Positions 28,151 to 37,012 of a stretch of 50,879 nucleotides of DNA are shown here, in pieces. Within the stretch, counting starts at the first letter, position 1. The number at the start of each line of letters is the position of its first letter. A program made the translations under genes and the position numbers. Source of the DNA: Polyangiaceae bacterium (GTDB taxonomy: Bacteria; Myxococcota_A; Polyangia; Polyangiales; Polyangiaceae). The stretch spans positions 1 to 50,879 of the forward strand of contig JANRKO010000084.1 of assembly GCA_033763455.1 (NCBI GenBank), written 5' to 3'. The notes under the pieces were generated by a model that worked only from the letters and a program-made list of their open reading frames with translations, had not been told where the DNA came from and did not search any database.

Positions 28151-28352
28151 GGAAATTCTCCTTAAAAGTGTGAGCCAAAAAAGCGTGGGTAGCTTTAGCG
28201 CAATCTAATACGCGGCGTCGAGCGTCCGGTTTCAGCTCAGGTCGCAGATTCCGCAGGTCGGCTGCTGGGCCAGTGGAGGTGCCAAAGGAAATCCGCGCGC
28301 GGCCGCTTGGTGGCGTCTGAAAGAGGGTTTAGCATCTACGGTTCGGGCAATA

Positions 28353-29261
28353 ATGCTGGATTTGGAACCCGCGGAGTCCTCTGCTGAAGCCAAGCGACCT
28401 GCTCTGGGCTCGTTTCTCGTTGGCGCGCTCGTCGGGGCGCTACTTGGCGTGGCCGTTACGGTGGCTGCTATGGGTATGGGTGCGGGTGGTGGGGCTCGGC
28501 AGGCACTCCCCTCGGCCGAACTGCGCAACGTGGTGTCCAGTTCCTCGGTGGAGGCAGTTACCCCACCCGAGCCCGAAACGCCGGGCGAAAAGGCTGCTGA
28601 TGTTCCGAAGCTAGATGCCCCCCCGGTTGCTCCTTTAAGCGGAGCTCTTATTGAGCGTGCGGCACGTGGTGACGAAGACGCCTTGAACCAGGTCGAAGCC
28701 AAAGAGCCAGACCAACGCACTTCGGAGGAAACGCTCGCTATCGCAACCGGAAAGAGCGCTCGCCGGGTAAAAGAAGTTGAGGCACTCGAAAAGAAGCTCA
28801 GTTTGGTGCGCCGCTTCGGACGCGAACCTGAAACGGTGAGGCGAATCCGCGAACTTGCTGCCGACACCCAAGTGGGCATTCCCACGCTTCGAATGTTGGC
28901 CAATTTGAAGAGCGACGTGGGCCCAGATTTACTGTTTTTGATCTGGCGAAAAGGCAACGATCAAGACTTCGCTCCAGAGCTTGCGCGGCAGCTTCTGTAT
29001 TCCAAGGACGTGTACACTCGCGCTACCGCTGCCCTCAAGGTTGTGCTGGATTTGAGCTCCGTAAAGCAGTGCGAAAAAGCCCTGGACGTGATGGATCGCG
29101 CCAAGGCCGATGCCGACCAGCGCTCCCTGCTCGTTCTACAGAATTTCTACTCTCACAAGGGCTGTGGCCCTTCCAAAGAATCCGATTGCTGGCCGTGCTT
29201 GCGTTCCACCAATTTGCTCGATGAAGCCACGGTAGCCGCGCGCACTCGGGCGCCCCCGTGA
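28353..29261 (+). CDS. Membrane-anchored hypothetical protein
   Basis: N-terminal TM helix, helical domain ending GCG...DCWPCLR. GTGA overlap with mutH. Confidence 0.7.
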   Translation: MLDLEPAESSAEAKRPALGSFLVGALVGALLGVAVTVAAMGMGAGGGARQALPSAELRNVVSSSSVEAVTPPEPETPGEKAADVPKLDAPPVAPLSGALIERAARGDEDALNQVEAKEPDQRTSEETLAIATGKSARRVKEVEALEKKLSLVRRFGREPETVRRIRELAADTQVGIPTLRMLANLKSDVGPDLLFLIWRKGNDQDFAPELARQLLYSKDVYTRATAALKVVLDLSSVKQCEKALDVMDRAKADADQRSLLVLQNFYSHKGCGPSKESDCWPCLRSTNLLDEATVAARTRAPP

Positions 29262-30001
29262 AAAGCAAACAGGCGGGATTCGGCGTTCACGCCCCCGGTG
29301 ATGAACGACCTGCTGCAGCGAGGCCGAGCTTCGCCCCACCTCAAAGCGAAGCTGAGCTCCTGGCCCGTGCCGCACGTTTGGTTGGCCTCTCGCTCGGGGA
29401 GCTCGCCGCGAAACACGCGATTACTCCCCCCGACGACTTGAAGCGTGCGAAGGGTTTTGTCGGGCAACTTTTGGAGAAGGCGCTCGGAACGACGGCAAGC
29501 ACGCGGGCAGCCCCAGATTTCGAAGAGCTTGGCGTTGAGTTGAAGTCGTTGCCTGTGGATAGGCGCGGGCACCCTGTAGAGTCGACTTTTGTGTGCACTA
29601 TTTCGCTTCGGGAAGTGGGCGAATCTGAGTGGGAGAAGTCCAAGGCCTGGGCCAAGCTGCGTCGCGTGTTGTGGGTTCCCGTAGAAGGCGAGCGCGCGAT
29701 CGCTCCGTCCCAGCGTCGCATTGGGACGCCGCTAATTTGGTCACCCAGTGCGGAACAAGAAGCCCAGCTCCGCGCCGATTGGGATCATCTGGGCACATTG
29801 ATCTTTGCGGGGCGCGTTGATGACATTACGGCTCACTTAGGAACATATTTGCAGGTTCGGCCCAAAGCCAAAAATGCGCTTGCCCGCCGCAGTTATTGGG
29901 ACGAAGAAGGCGCCGTTACCTCCACGTTGCCGAGAGGGTTTTATCTGCGAGCCTCCTTCACGGCTGGCATTCTTAAAGACAATTTCGTGCTACCTCGGTG
30001 A
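29258..30001 (+). CDS. mutH: DNA mismatch repair endonuclease MutH
   Basis: PQSEAELL, KGFVGQLLEKALG, PDFEELGVELKSLP, ESTFVC, VLWVPVEGER, LQVRPKA, LPRGFYLR. Confidence 0.9.
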   Translation: MKSKQAGFGVHAPGDERPAAARPSFAPPQSEAELLARAARLVGLSLGELAAKHAITPPDDLKRAKGFVGQLLEKALGTTASTRAAPDFEELGVELKSLPVDRRGHPVESTFVCTISLREVGESEWEKSKAWAKLRRVLWVPVEGERAIAPSQRRIGTPLIWSPSAEQEAQLRADWDHLGTLIFAGRVDDITAHLGTYLQVRPKAKNALARRSYWDEEGAVTSTLPRGFYLRASFTAGILKDNFVLPR

Positions 30002-30229
30002 AGGGACCCGCCAGAGCGGAGCGACTGGTCAGGGGGAGGCGAGCTCCCGTGTGCGGACCTATGCTGTGCTCGTGAGTTCGAACGTGCACCAGGCTTGGCT
30101 CCCACGGCGAATGCTTATCCTTGCGAGGGAGTTCGAAAGAGCGCAAGCGCTCAAAATTGCCCAAAATTGGCTACATGCTGCACTCGCCGCAATTGTGCTC
30201 CACTCAAGCCAGAGATATAGGTTCGCCTC

Positions 30230-31717
30230 ATGAGCAACGTGCTGACACTGCAGCCAACCTGGACCGCAACCGCCTCTCCGTTTCGTCACAGCTGGGAGGC
30301 ATTTGCCAATATCGACCAATTCCATTGGCTCACACGAGCTGATGTGCTGGAGCAGCTAGCACAAGCGCAGCGGGAGATCGGTGTGCGCCACGTGCGGGCC
30401 GTTGGCATGTTTGACGACAAGCTCCGAGTGTGGGCGCAAGGGCCGGATCAATTTCACTTCAAGAAAGAAGACCGCTACCTTCGGCCGAACTATCAGATCA
30501 TCGATTATGTGATGGATAGGTTGCTCAAAGCTGGTGTGCGCCCAATGTACACCACCTGCTTTATGCCCAGCAAAATGGCGGATGGAAAGTCCATCATTTG
30601 GGACAACAGCCACACGCGCCCACCGCTCGATTATGGTGCCTGGAGCAACTTCATTCGTAACGCCGTGTTGCACGCTTACAACCGCTACGGCGCGGAAGAG
30701 GTTCGGCAGTGGTATTTCGAGCTCTGGAATGAGCCCAACCTCATGCCCACGTTTTGGGGGGGCACCAAGGAGGAATTCTTCAAGCTCTGGGGTGTCGCTT
30801 TTCGAGCCGTAAAATCGGTAGATCCTGCGTTGCGCATGGGTGGCCCTTCTACGGCTCGCGGTGAATGGTTGGAGGAATTCTTTGAGTTTGCCCAGAAAGA
30901 CGGAAGCCCTCCCGACTACATCATCACTCATTGCTATAACAATGATTCGGATTCACAACCACTGGTTCCTTTTGACGGACCTGCATCCTTTCGCGTCAAA
31001 GATTCCCCGCATTATATTGGCGGTGTGGTGCGGGGTGTGCACCAGCTCTTAAAGAGCAAGAAGTTCGAAGGTGAGGTGCATTGGAATGAGTGGGGTCGCT
31101 CGTGGTTCCCACACGATCCACAAAAGGAAACGCCTCTAGAAGCCTCCTTCATTTGCAAAACGATGGCAGAGGTATCCCAGGAAGCCACCCAATTTGGCTA
31201 TTGGTGTTTGAGTGATGTCTACGATCAAGCGGGGTACAACGCCGAAACATTCCGGGGCCACTACGGGATGCTGAACCTCCAAGGCTTGCGCAAGCCTTCG
31301 TACGTTGCGCATCAACTCCTGCACCGTCTCGGGGATACGCGCCTCCCGTGTACGGGCGGCAACGATCTTGAGAACGCCATTGTGACTCCCACTTCGAACG
31401 GACACGCCGTGCTGGTGTATCGTTACCCCAATGGCATCAAGGACCCGGTAAGCGCTGGATCCGTTGAGGTGAGGCTGCCAAAAGAACCCAAAACCGCGCG
31501 GGTTTTCCGTATCACTGAGCGCGAAAACAACATTTTGGCGCACTTCCGCGAACTTGGGTCGCCGGATTATTTGAGCCCTCGGGAGCTCGCGGATCTTCAA
31601 AGTGTGAACCAGCTTGCAGCCACCTTGGGAGCCGTACGGATCGAAAAGCGTGACGCCCATTGGGTGGCAAGCTTTGACTTAGAGACCCCCGCTGTGGCCC
31701 TACTTGAAATCACGTAA
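30230..31717 (+). CDS. Glycoside hydrolase family 39 (beta-xylosidase-like), no signal peptide
   Basis: WYFELWNEPN (acid/base), MGGPSTA, WNEW (nucleophile), YWCLSD, GMLNLQGLRKPSY. Confidence 0.88.
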   Translation: MSNVLTLQPTWTATASPFRHSWEAFANIDQFHWLTRADVLEQLAQAQREIGVRHVRAVGMFDDKLRVWAQGPDQFHFKKEDRYLRPNYQIIDYVMDRLLKAGVRPMYTTCFMPSKMADGKSIIWDNSHTRPPLDYGAWSNFIRNAVLHAYNRYGAEEVRQWYFELWNEPNLMPTFWGGTKEEFFKLWGVAFRAVKSVDPALRMGGPSTARGEWLEEFFEFAQKDGSPPDYIITHCYNNDSDSQPLVPFDGPASFRVKDSPHYIGGVVRGVHQLLKSKKFEGEVHWNEWGRSWFPHDPQKETPLEASFICKTMAEVSQEATQFGYWCLSDVYDQAGYNAETFRGHYGMLNLQGLRKPSYVAHQLLHRLGDTRLPCTGGNDLENAIVTPTSNGHAVLVYRYPNGIKDPVSAGSVEVRLPKEPKTARVFRITERENNILAHFRELGSPDYLSPRELADLQSVNQLAATLGAVRIEKRDAHWVASFDLETPAVALLEIT

Positions 31718-31777
31718 AGATCGCGATCGGGCATTGCGGTGCCGTCAAGCGTTGGGGGGGAAGTTTGTGAGCCGACG

Positions 31778-31900
31778 CGAGAACCTTAGCATGCTAAGTA
31801 CTTGGGGTTGCGCGGTGGGGGCGATGTGGTCAAGGGAGGCTGGTGGGGTCTGCTGGGGGGTATATAGGGAGCTCCGAGAATCTTAGCATGCTAAGTACTT
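31778..31900. repeat. Two 26-bp direct repeats, each containing the palindrome CTTAGCATGCTAAG
   Basis: cgagaaCcttagcatgctaagtactt (31778-31803) and cgagaaTcttagcatgctaagtactt (31875-31900), 97 bp apart. Confidence 0.85.
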
Positions 31901-31999
31901 ATGGTTGCACGTGGAAGTAGTCGTCCCGCATGGGGATTTCGTCCAAGGTTTGCCTCACGGGTGTGTGGTGCCGCGCGACGTATGCGGGTCTGAGGCTCG

Positions 32000-32938
32000 C
32001 TATGAATTCGACGCGCGAGCAGAGCGCAGCCAAGTGATCATCTCTGCGGCCACTTGCTCCGGAGCCTCTAGTTGGGGCACATGGCCGACGGCATCGAGTG
32101 CTACGTAGTGCCAGTCGGGCCGGACTTGGCGAAGCTTCTCCCAGCACGGCACGGGATAAAGAGGGTCCTTAGTGCCGTAAATGGCCTGCACGGGGCAACG
32201 GATGCTCTCGATGAGGGTGTGGCCATATTTTGCAGGAAATAGCGCTCCGGCCACGCCTCTTAGTATTTGTTCGTAAGCGCCAGCCGCTTCGCGTGCCCAA
32301 GTAAGGCGATAGCCTGAAAGGGCGATCAGTCGATCACGGAGCTCGGGTGCCAAGCGGCCCGGATCGGCAAACAGCGCCTCAACAGGGTCATCCACCACCC
32401 CGGGCAAACCGGTTCGCGTGCTGTAGCGGGCGATGAGCGCGCCACCCAGCCAAGGCGCCAGCTGGGGAAGTAGGCCGAGGAGCGGAAGGAGCTGCAGAAA
32501 AGAGCGTCCCCAGGTTATTGGTAGTGCTCCTGCTGCAAGCGAAATACCTTGGATCCTATCTGGGAATTTTCGCGCAAGCAGAAGTGCGAGCAAGCCTCCG
32601 AGTGAGTTGCCCGCGACAAACCAACGAACATTGGGGCCTGCGTGGGCCAGCAGTACCTCGCTCACGATATCCACGAAGGATTCTAGAGTTAATCGGCGAC
32701 GGCCAGGGCGTGTGGCTCCAAACCCAGGCATATCTACAGCGACAACTTTTGCGTCGAGCGCCTGCGCCAAATGGGGGGCTACGCCATGCCAGGTGATGGA
32801 ATTTCCGCCGAGCCCGTGGAGCAATAGGATATGCGTTTTGCTGCCGCTTTCCCAAATGCTAGTGAATACATCAAAGGGGGGGACCGTTGTGGTGGCATCC
32901 ACGCGATCGACAGGTGTGCTTGCGGTGGCCGTGTTCAC
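32000..32938 (-). CDS. Alpha/beta fold hydrolase
   Basis: LLHGLGG, VDMPGFG, GNSLGG nucleophile elbow, GTKDP, GHVPQLE. GTG start 18 bp after sufA. Confidence 0.88.
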   Translation of the reverse strand: MNTATASTPVDRVDATTTVPPFDVFTSIWESGSKTHILLLHGLGGNSITWHGVAPHLAQALDAKVVAVDMPGFGATRPGRRRLTLESFVDIVSEVLLAHAGPNVRWFVAGNSLGGLLALLLARKFPDRIQGISLAAGALPITWGRSFLQLLPLLGLLPQLAPWLGGALIARYSTRTGLPGVVDDPVEALFADPGRLAPELRDRLIALSGYRLTWAREAAGAYEQILRGVAGALFPAKYGHTLIESIRCPVQAIYGTKDPLYPVPCWEKLRQVRPDWHYVALDAVGHVPQLEAPEQVAAEMITWLRSARASNS

Positions 32939-32955
32939 GGAGCGCCTACCGCACC

Positions 32956-33417
32956 CTAGAGCGTTTTGAAGATTTTCTTTTCGGAGCCTTGGAGCGCAGT
33001 TTGACCGCCTTCGGTGGCGGCTACGGATCCATCGGAAGGCTTCTCTTTGGCGTTGAAGGTATGCCCGCAACCGCACGACGATTCTTGAAGTGGGTTGTGC
33101 CACTTGAAGCCCTGCCACATGAGAGTGTTCTCGTAGTCCACGACCGCACCTTCGATGTACTTAAGGCTTCTTGGATCGAGGTACACTTTGAGATCACCGT
33201 AGTCGTAGACGAAATCGCGTGCTTTTGGAGCGTCGAGCGTAAGATCAGTGACGTACGTGAGGCCGGCGCAGCCGCCCCCTTTAACGCCGACGCGCAACGC
33301 CGCTCCCGGGAGGCCCAGCTTCTCGCGGTGCTTCTTGGCGAACTCCACGGCCTTGGGGCTCACACGTACCGGTGGAACCAAGGGAGTAGCGTCGGTGCAG
33401 GCGGTGGGTTCGGACAT
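32956..33417 (-). CDS. sufA: A-type Fe-S carrier protein (HesB/IscA/SufA)
   Basis: LRVGVKGGGCAGLTY...NP...SCGCGHTF. Confidence 0.88.
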   Translation of the reverse strand: MSEPTACTDATPLVPPVRVSPKAVEFAKKHREKLGLPGAALRVGVKGGGCAGLTYVTDLTLDAPKARDFVYDYGDLKVYLDPRSLKYIEGAVVDYENTLMWQGFKWHNPLQESSCGCGHTFNAKEKPSDGSVAATEGGQTALQGSEKKIFKTL

Positions 33418-33519
33418 GATGGCTTCAGTGTGGAGCAGGGGGGTGCGTTCGGCTAGTGGTTAGAAAAGAGCCACAAGTTCTCAGGGAGTTGGGCTTCGCC
33501 GCGGATGGAGCGGCTAGTG

Positions 33520-33972
33520 CTACAGCAGCCCCAGCTCTAGCTTGGCGGCATCGCTCATGCGATCGCGGGACCAAGCGGGCTCCCAGGCGAGCTCGGTTTT
33601 AGCGCGAGAAACACCGGGAACTTGGCAGAGCTTGGCGTGCACATCGCGCACAATTTGCTCGGCCACGGGGCAACCGGGAGCTGTGAGCGTCATCACTACA
33701 TGGGCCGCCTGATCGGCGGCGATGTGGATGTCGTAAATGAGGCCAAGATCGTAAATGTTGAGGGGAATTTCCGGATCTTGGATGGTTTTCAGGGCCTGCA
33801 CGATGCCCTCCCGCAGTGAACTCGCTTCTCGCGGGCCCGGATTGGCGCCTGGATCTTCGAGGACGAATTCATCCGGTGCGCGCGTGGGCACGGGATGTTG
33901 GGGGATCGGATCTTCGCGATTGAGAACGCCCAGCGGACGTCGCTCTTTGGGTGCTCGCTGTTCCATGATCAT
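33520..33972 (-). CDS. sufT: SUF system Fe-S assembly protein (DUF59/SufT)
   Basis: LKTIQDPEIPLNIYDLGLIY...MTLTAPGCP...WEPAWSRDRMSDAAKLELG. Confidence 0.85.
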   Translation of the reverse strand: MIMEQRAPKERRPLGVLNREDPIPQHPVPTRAPDEFVLEDPGANPGPREASSLREGIVQALKTIQDPEIPLNIYDLGLIYDIHIAADQAAHVVMTLTAPGCPVAEQIVRDVHAKLCQVPGVSRAKTELAWEPAWSRDRMSDAAKLELGLL

Positions 33973-34035
33973 TCGGTGCTTGCCACTTCTTTGGGTGCTC
34001 GCTGTTCCATGATCATTCGGTGCTTGCCACTTCTT
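33944..34035. repeat. Perfect 44-bp tandem duplication of the sufU/sufT junction
   Basis: tctttgggtgctcgctgttccatgatcattcggtgcttgccact twice (33944-33987, 33988-34031), then tctt. Confidence 0.95.
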
Positions 34036-34459
34036 CCTTAGCGGCGAGTGCGTTGTTCAAGGTGTGCCAGGGCAAGGTCGCGCATTTTACGCGCATGGGG
34101 TAGGTAAAGACGCCGGAAAACGCGTGCAGCTTCGGAGGGAGCCCGCTCAGATCTTGGCTTGTGCCAGTGGCCAGGGCGTGGAAGTGGTCGAAGATGGCCT
34201 TCACTTCGCTCACGGTTTTGCCTTTGAGAGCTTCCGTCATGGTGGACGCCGATGCTGTGGAGATGGCGCAGCCGGAACCCTGAAACCCGATATCTTGAAG
34301 CACTTCGCCGTCCAAGATGAGTGTGACCGTTATCTTATCCCCACACAGCGGATTATCCCCGCGGGCGAGCCGGTTGTAGTTCTCAACAATGCGGAAATTT
34401 CGCGGCTTTCGGCCGTGATCGAGGATCAAATCTTGATACAGCTCGTTCAGGTTATCCAT
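34013..34459 (-). CDS. sufU: SUF system NifU-like Fe-S assembly protein
   Basis: LYQDLILDH..PRN, NPLCGD, GCAISTASAS, RVKCATLPWH. Confidence 0.93.
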   Translation of the reverse strand: MDNLNELYQDLILDHGRKPRNFRIVENYNRLARGDNPLCGDKITVTLILDGEVLQDIGFQGSGCAISTASASTMTEALKGKTVSEVKAIFDHFHALATGTSQDLSGLPPKLHAFSGVFTYPMRVKCATLPWHTLNNALAAKEEVASTE

Positions 34460-35726
34460 GAAACATCTCCTGAGCCTTCTTTATCGCTCGCCCGAGCGCG
34501 TCGAGATCTTCCCGGCGGCTGTAGATCCCAAGCGAAGCTCTGGCTGTAGCCGGTAGGTTGAAGCGGTCCATTAAAGGCTGGGTGCAGTGGTGCCCGGTAC
34601 GAATCGCCACACCTACGCTATCGGCGATGGTGCCGATGTCGTGCGGGTGGATGCCTTCGATGACAAACGAAATCACGCTCACCTTTTCCTTGGCCGTACC
34701 GATGAGGCGGACACCTGGCAAGCTTGAGAGTAGCTCAGAACCATATTGAACGAGTGCGCGATCTCGAGTGGCCAGCTCCTCAAAGTCAAAGCGGCCCATG
34801 AAATCAATCGCAGCGCCGAGCCCCACCACTCCGGCAATGTCCGCGGTGCCAGCCTCAAACTTCCACGGCAATTCGTTGAACGTTGTCTTCTCGAACGTGA
34901 CGGAACGAATCATGTCCCCGCCCGATTGATAGGGGGGCATTTGTTCCAGAAGTGCTCGTTTTCCGTACAAAACGCCGGTGCCCGTGGGGCCGTACAATTT
35001 ATGTGCGCTGAAGGCGTAGAAGTCACAGTCGATGTCTTTTACATCCACTGGCAGATGGGCGACGGCTTGAGCGCCATCGATCGCCACGAGCGCTCCCGCT
35101 TGATGTGCGAGCTCCGTGATGCGTTTCACCGGCAACACGGTGCCGAGAGTATTGGAAACATGAGCCACCGAGACCAAGCGAGTCTTCGCTGAAAGCTCCG
35201 CCTGAAATGCTTCGAGTGTGACCTCGCCGCTGTCGCTCACCGGCACAACCTTGAGCTTGGCTCCTGTCTGTTGTGCCACGAGCTGCCAAGGCACGATGTT
35301 CGAATGGTGTTCGAGGCCCGTGATGAGGATTTCATCGCCCGCCTGAAGTTGATTTCGCGCCCAGCTACTCGCCACCAAGTTCATGCCTTCGGTGGTGCCA
35401 CGCACGAAGATGATTTCGGCGTCAGCCTGGGCACCCAGAAATTTGCGCACCTTGGTGCGAGCGCCTTCAAACGCATCGGTCGCCCGCGCCGATAAAAGGT
35501 GCACTGCCCGGTGAATGTTCCCGCAGTCCTTTGCGTAAACTTGGGTTACGGCGTCGATGACGGACTGCGGCTTCAGTGCCGTGGCCGCGCTATCCAAATA
35601 CACGAGCGGCTGGCCGTGCACGGTCTGATGCAATGCGGGAAATTCGCCGCGCAGGGCCTCGATTTGAGCATCCAAAAGTGGAGACATACGTGAGGGCACG
35701 CGGGGGGACGTGGTGGGCGCGGTCAT
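34452..35726 (-). CDS. sufS: Cysteine desulfurase
   Basis: YLDSAAT, EHHSNIVPW, DGAQ, SAHKLYGP, RTGHHC. Confidence 0.95.
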   Translation of the reverse strand: MTAPTTSPRVPSRMSPLLDAQIEALRGEFPALHQTVHGQPLVYLDSAATALKPQSVIDAVTQVYAKDCGNIHRAVHLLSARATDAFEGARTKVRKFLGAQADAEIIFVRGTTEGMNLVASSWARNQLQAGDEILITGLEHHSNIVPWQLVAQQTGAKLKVVPVSDSGEVTLEAFQAELSAKTRLVSVAHVSNTLGTVLPVKRITELAHQAGALVAIDGAQAVAHLPVDVKDIDCDFYAFSAHKLYGPTGTGVLYGKRALLEQMPPYQSGGDMIRSVTFEKTTFNELPWKFEAGTADIAGVVGLGAAIDFMGRFDFEELATRDRALVQYGSELLSSLPGVRLIGTAKEKVSVISFVIEGIHPHDIGTIADSVGVAIRTGHHCTQPLMDRFNLPATARASLGIYSRREDLDALGRAIKKAQEMFHG

Positions 35727-37012
35727 GGTGCCAAAAGCTCCGCGAAGAGGGCCGGGCTGCCCAGCTTGCTTAGAAACTCTCGCCGGACGAAATCCCGAGC
35801 CGCGGGGTGAATGATGGCATCGAAGACTTCACTCGCAAAAGCGTAGCTTAACAGCGTCCGAGCCGTGTCCGGATCGATGCCGCGGGATTGGAGGTAAAAC
35901 TGCTCTTCAAGCCGCAGGCGTCCCACGGTTGCGCCATGGGTGCAGACTACGTCATCATTTTCGATCTCAAGGTGGGGCTTGGTGTGCACCACAGCCTCTT
36001 CACTCAAGAGCACGTTGCGGTTGCTTTGGTGTGCAACGGTGCCGCTCGCTCCAGGGTGCACGCGCACGATGCCGTCGAAGATCGCCTGCCCATTGCCGGA
36101 GGCAAAGCCTTTGTACTTTTGGACGCTTTGGCAGTGACCTTGCGCGTGCTCCACCACGGTGTGGTGATCCACTTGTTCGCCATCTGCGGCGAAGTAGAGC
36201 CCGTCGAGCTCAGCCTGGGCGCCTTTTTCGCTCATGGAGATAGTGAGATCCGTGCGGGTGAGCGCGCCACCGAGCGTTACAACGCGTGACAGATAGCTAC
36301 TATTGCGCAGCAGCTTGGCCGAAACAGTCGAAATTTGCCGGCTTTTCAGGTTGCCTAGCGAAATGCGAACGTGTTCAAGCGTGGCATTCTTTCCCACGAA
36401 GACCTCAGAAACGGAATTGGTGAGGGTAGGTGCGAGGCTTTCAGAAGCGGTGGTGAGCTCGACGAACGTGGCGCGCGTTCCTTCTTCCACACGCACGTGA
36501 ACGCGAGGATTCTTCATGGTTGGCTCACCTGAGCTCGTTGGGCCAGGATAGATAATCTGAAGGGGCCCGGGTGACCCGGAAAGCCTGATACACCACAACT
36601 CTTCCGCTTCGCTCCCGTTCAAGGCCGCAAAGGGGGCGATAGGGGTTTGGGATGAGAGGGCGATTTTGGTCCAAGGCGGAGGCTCTCCACCCGTTCGAGA
36701 GGACCAGACTTCGATGCCCGGGCCCGGCTTTGCGCTCGCCAAATCCGAACCGAACACTAACGTAGCGGTATCCGATACCTGTAATTGCACAGCTCGAGCC
36801 GCTACCCCAGCGGGTTCGCGCCGAAACGCTACATCCGTAACCGAGCGCACCTGGGTGAAGCGCCACGCCTCATCGCGTGGGCCAGGCAAGCCATGCTGTT
36901 TGAGTTGAGCTTGCCCCGCTTGGCGGAGCTCAGCGAGGGGCCCCGAAATGGGCTCAAAATGGGCCAAACTCTCAGCCAGAAGCGCTCCTTTTTGAAGGCT
37001 CAACTCCGTCAT
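35723..37012 (-). CDS. sufD: Fe-S cluster assembly protein SufD
   Basis: EAWRFT, KPHLEIENDDVVCTHGATVG, FYLQSRGI; position in the operon. Confidence 0.93.
   Translation of the reverse strand: MTELSLQKGALLAESLAHFEPISGPLAELRQAGQAQLKQHGLPGPRDEAWRFTQVRSVTDVAFRREPAGVAARAVQLQVSDTATLVFGSDLASAKPGPGIEVWSSRTGGEPPPWTKIALSSQTPIAPFAALNGSEAEELWCIRLSGSPGPLQIIYPGPTSSGEPTMKNPRVHVRVEEGTRATFVELTTASESLAPTLTNSVSEVFVGKNATLEHVRISLGNLKSRQISTVSAKLLRNSSYLSRVVTLGGALTRTDLTISMSEKGAQAELDGLYFAADGEQVDHHTVVEHAQGHCQSVQKYKGFASGNGQAIFDGIVRVHPGASGTVAHQSNRNVLLSEEAVVHTKPHLEIENDDVVCTHGATVGRLRLEEQFYLQSRGIDPDTARTLLSYAFASEVFDAIIHPAARDFVRREFLSKLGSPALFAELLAP

Noticed and set aside
27278..28165. 295-aa plus-strand ORF with a hydrophobic AFAFAL stretch
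   Set aside because: Antisense shadow of the CKGK repeats. The minus-strand gene has the RBS, lipobox and terminator.
31778..31900. Possible mini-CRISPR array
   Set aside because: Only two repeats, a 71-bp spacer, and no cas genes or leader. Kept as a dispersed palindrome instead.
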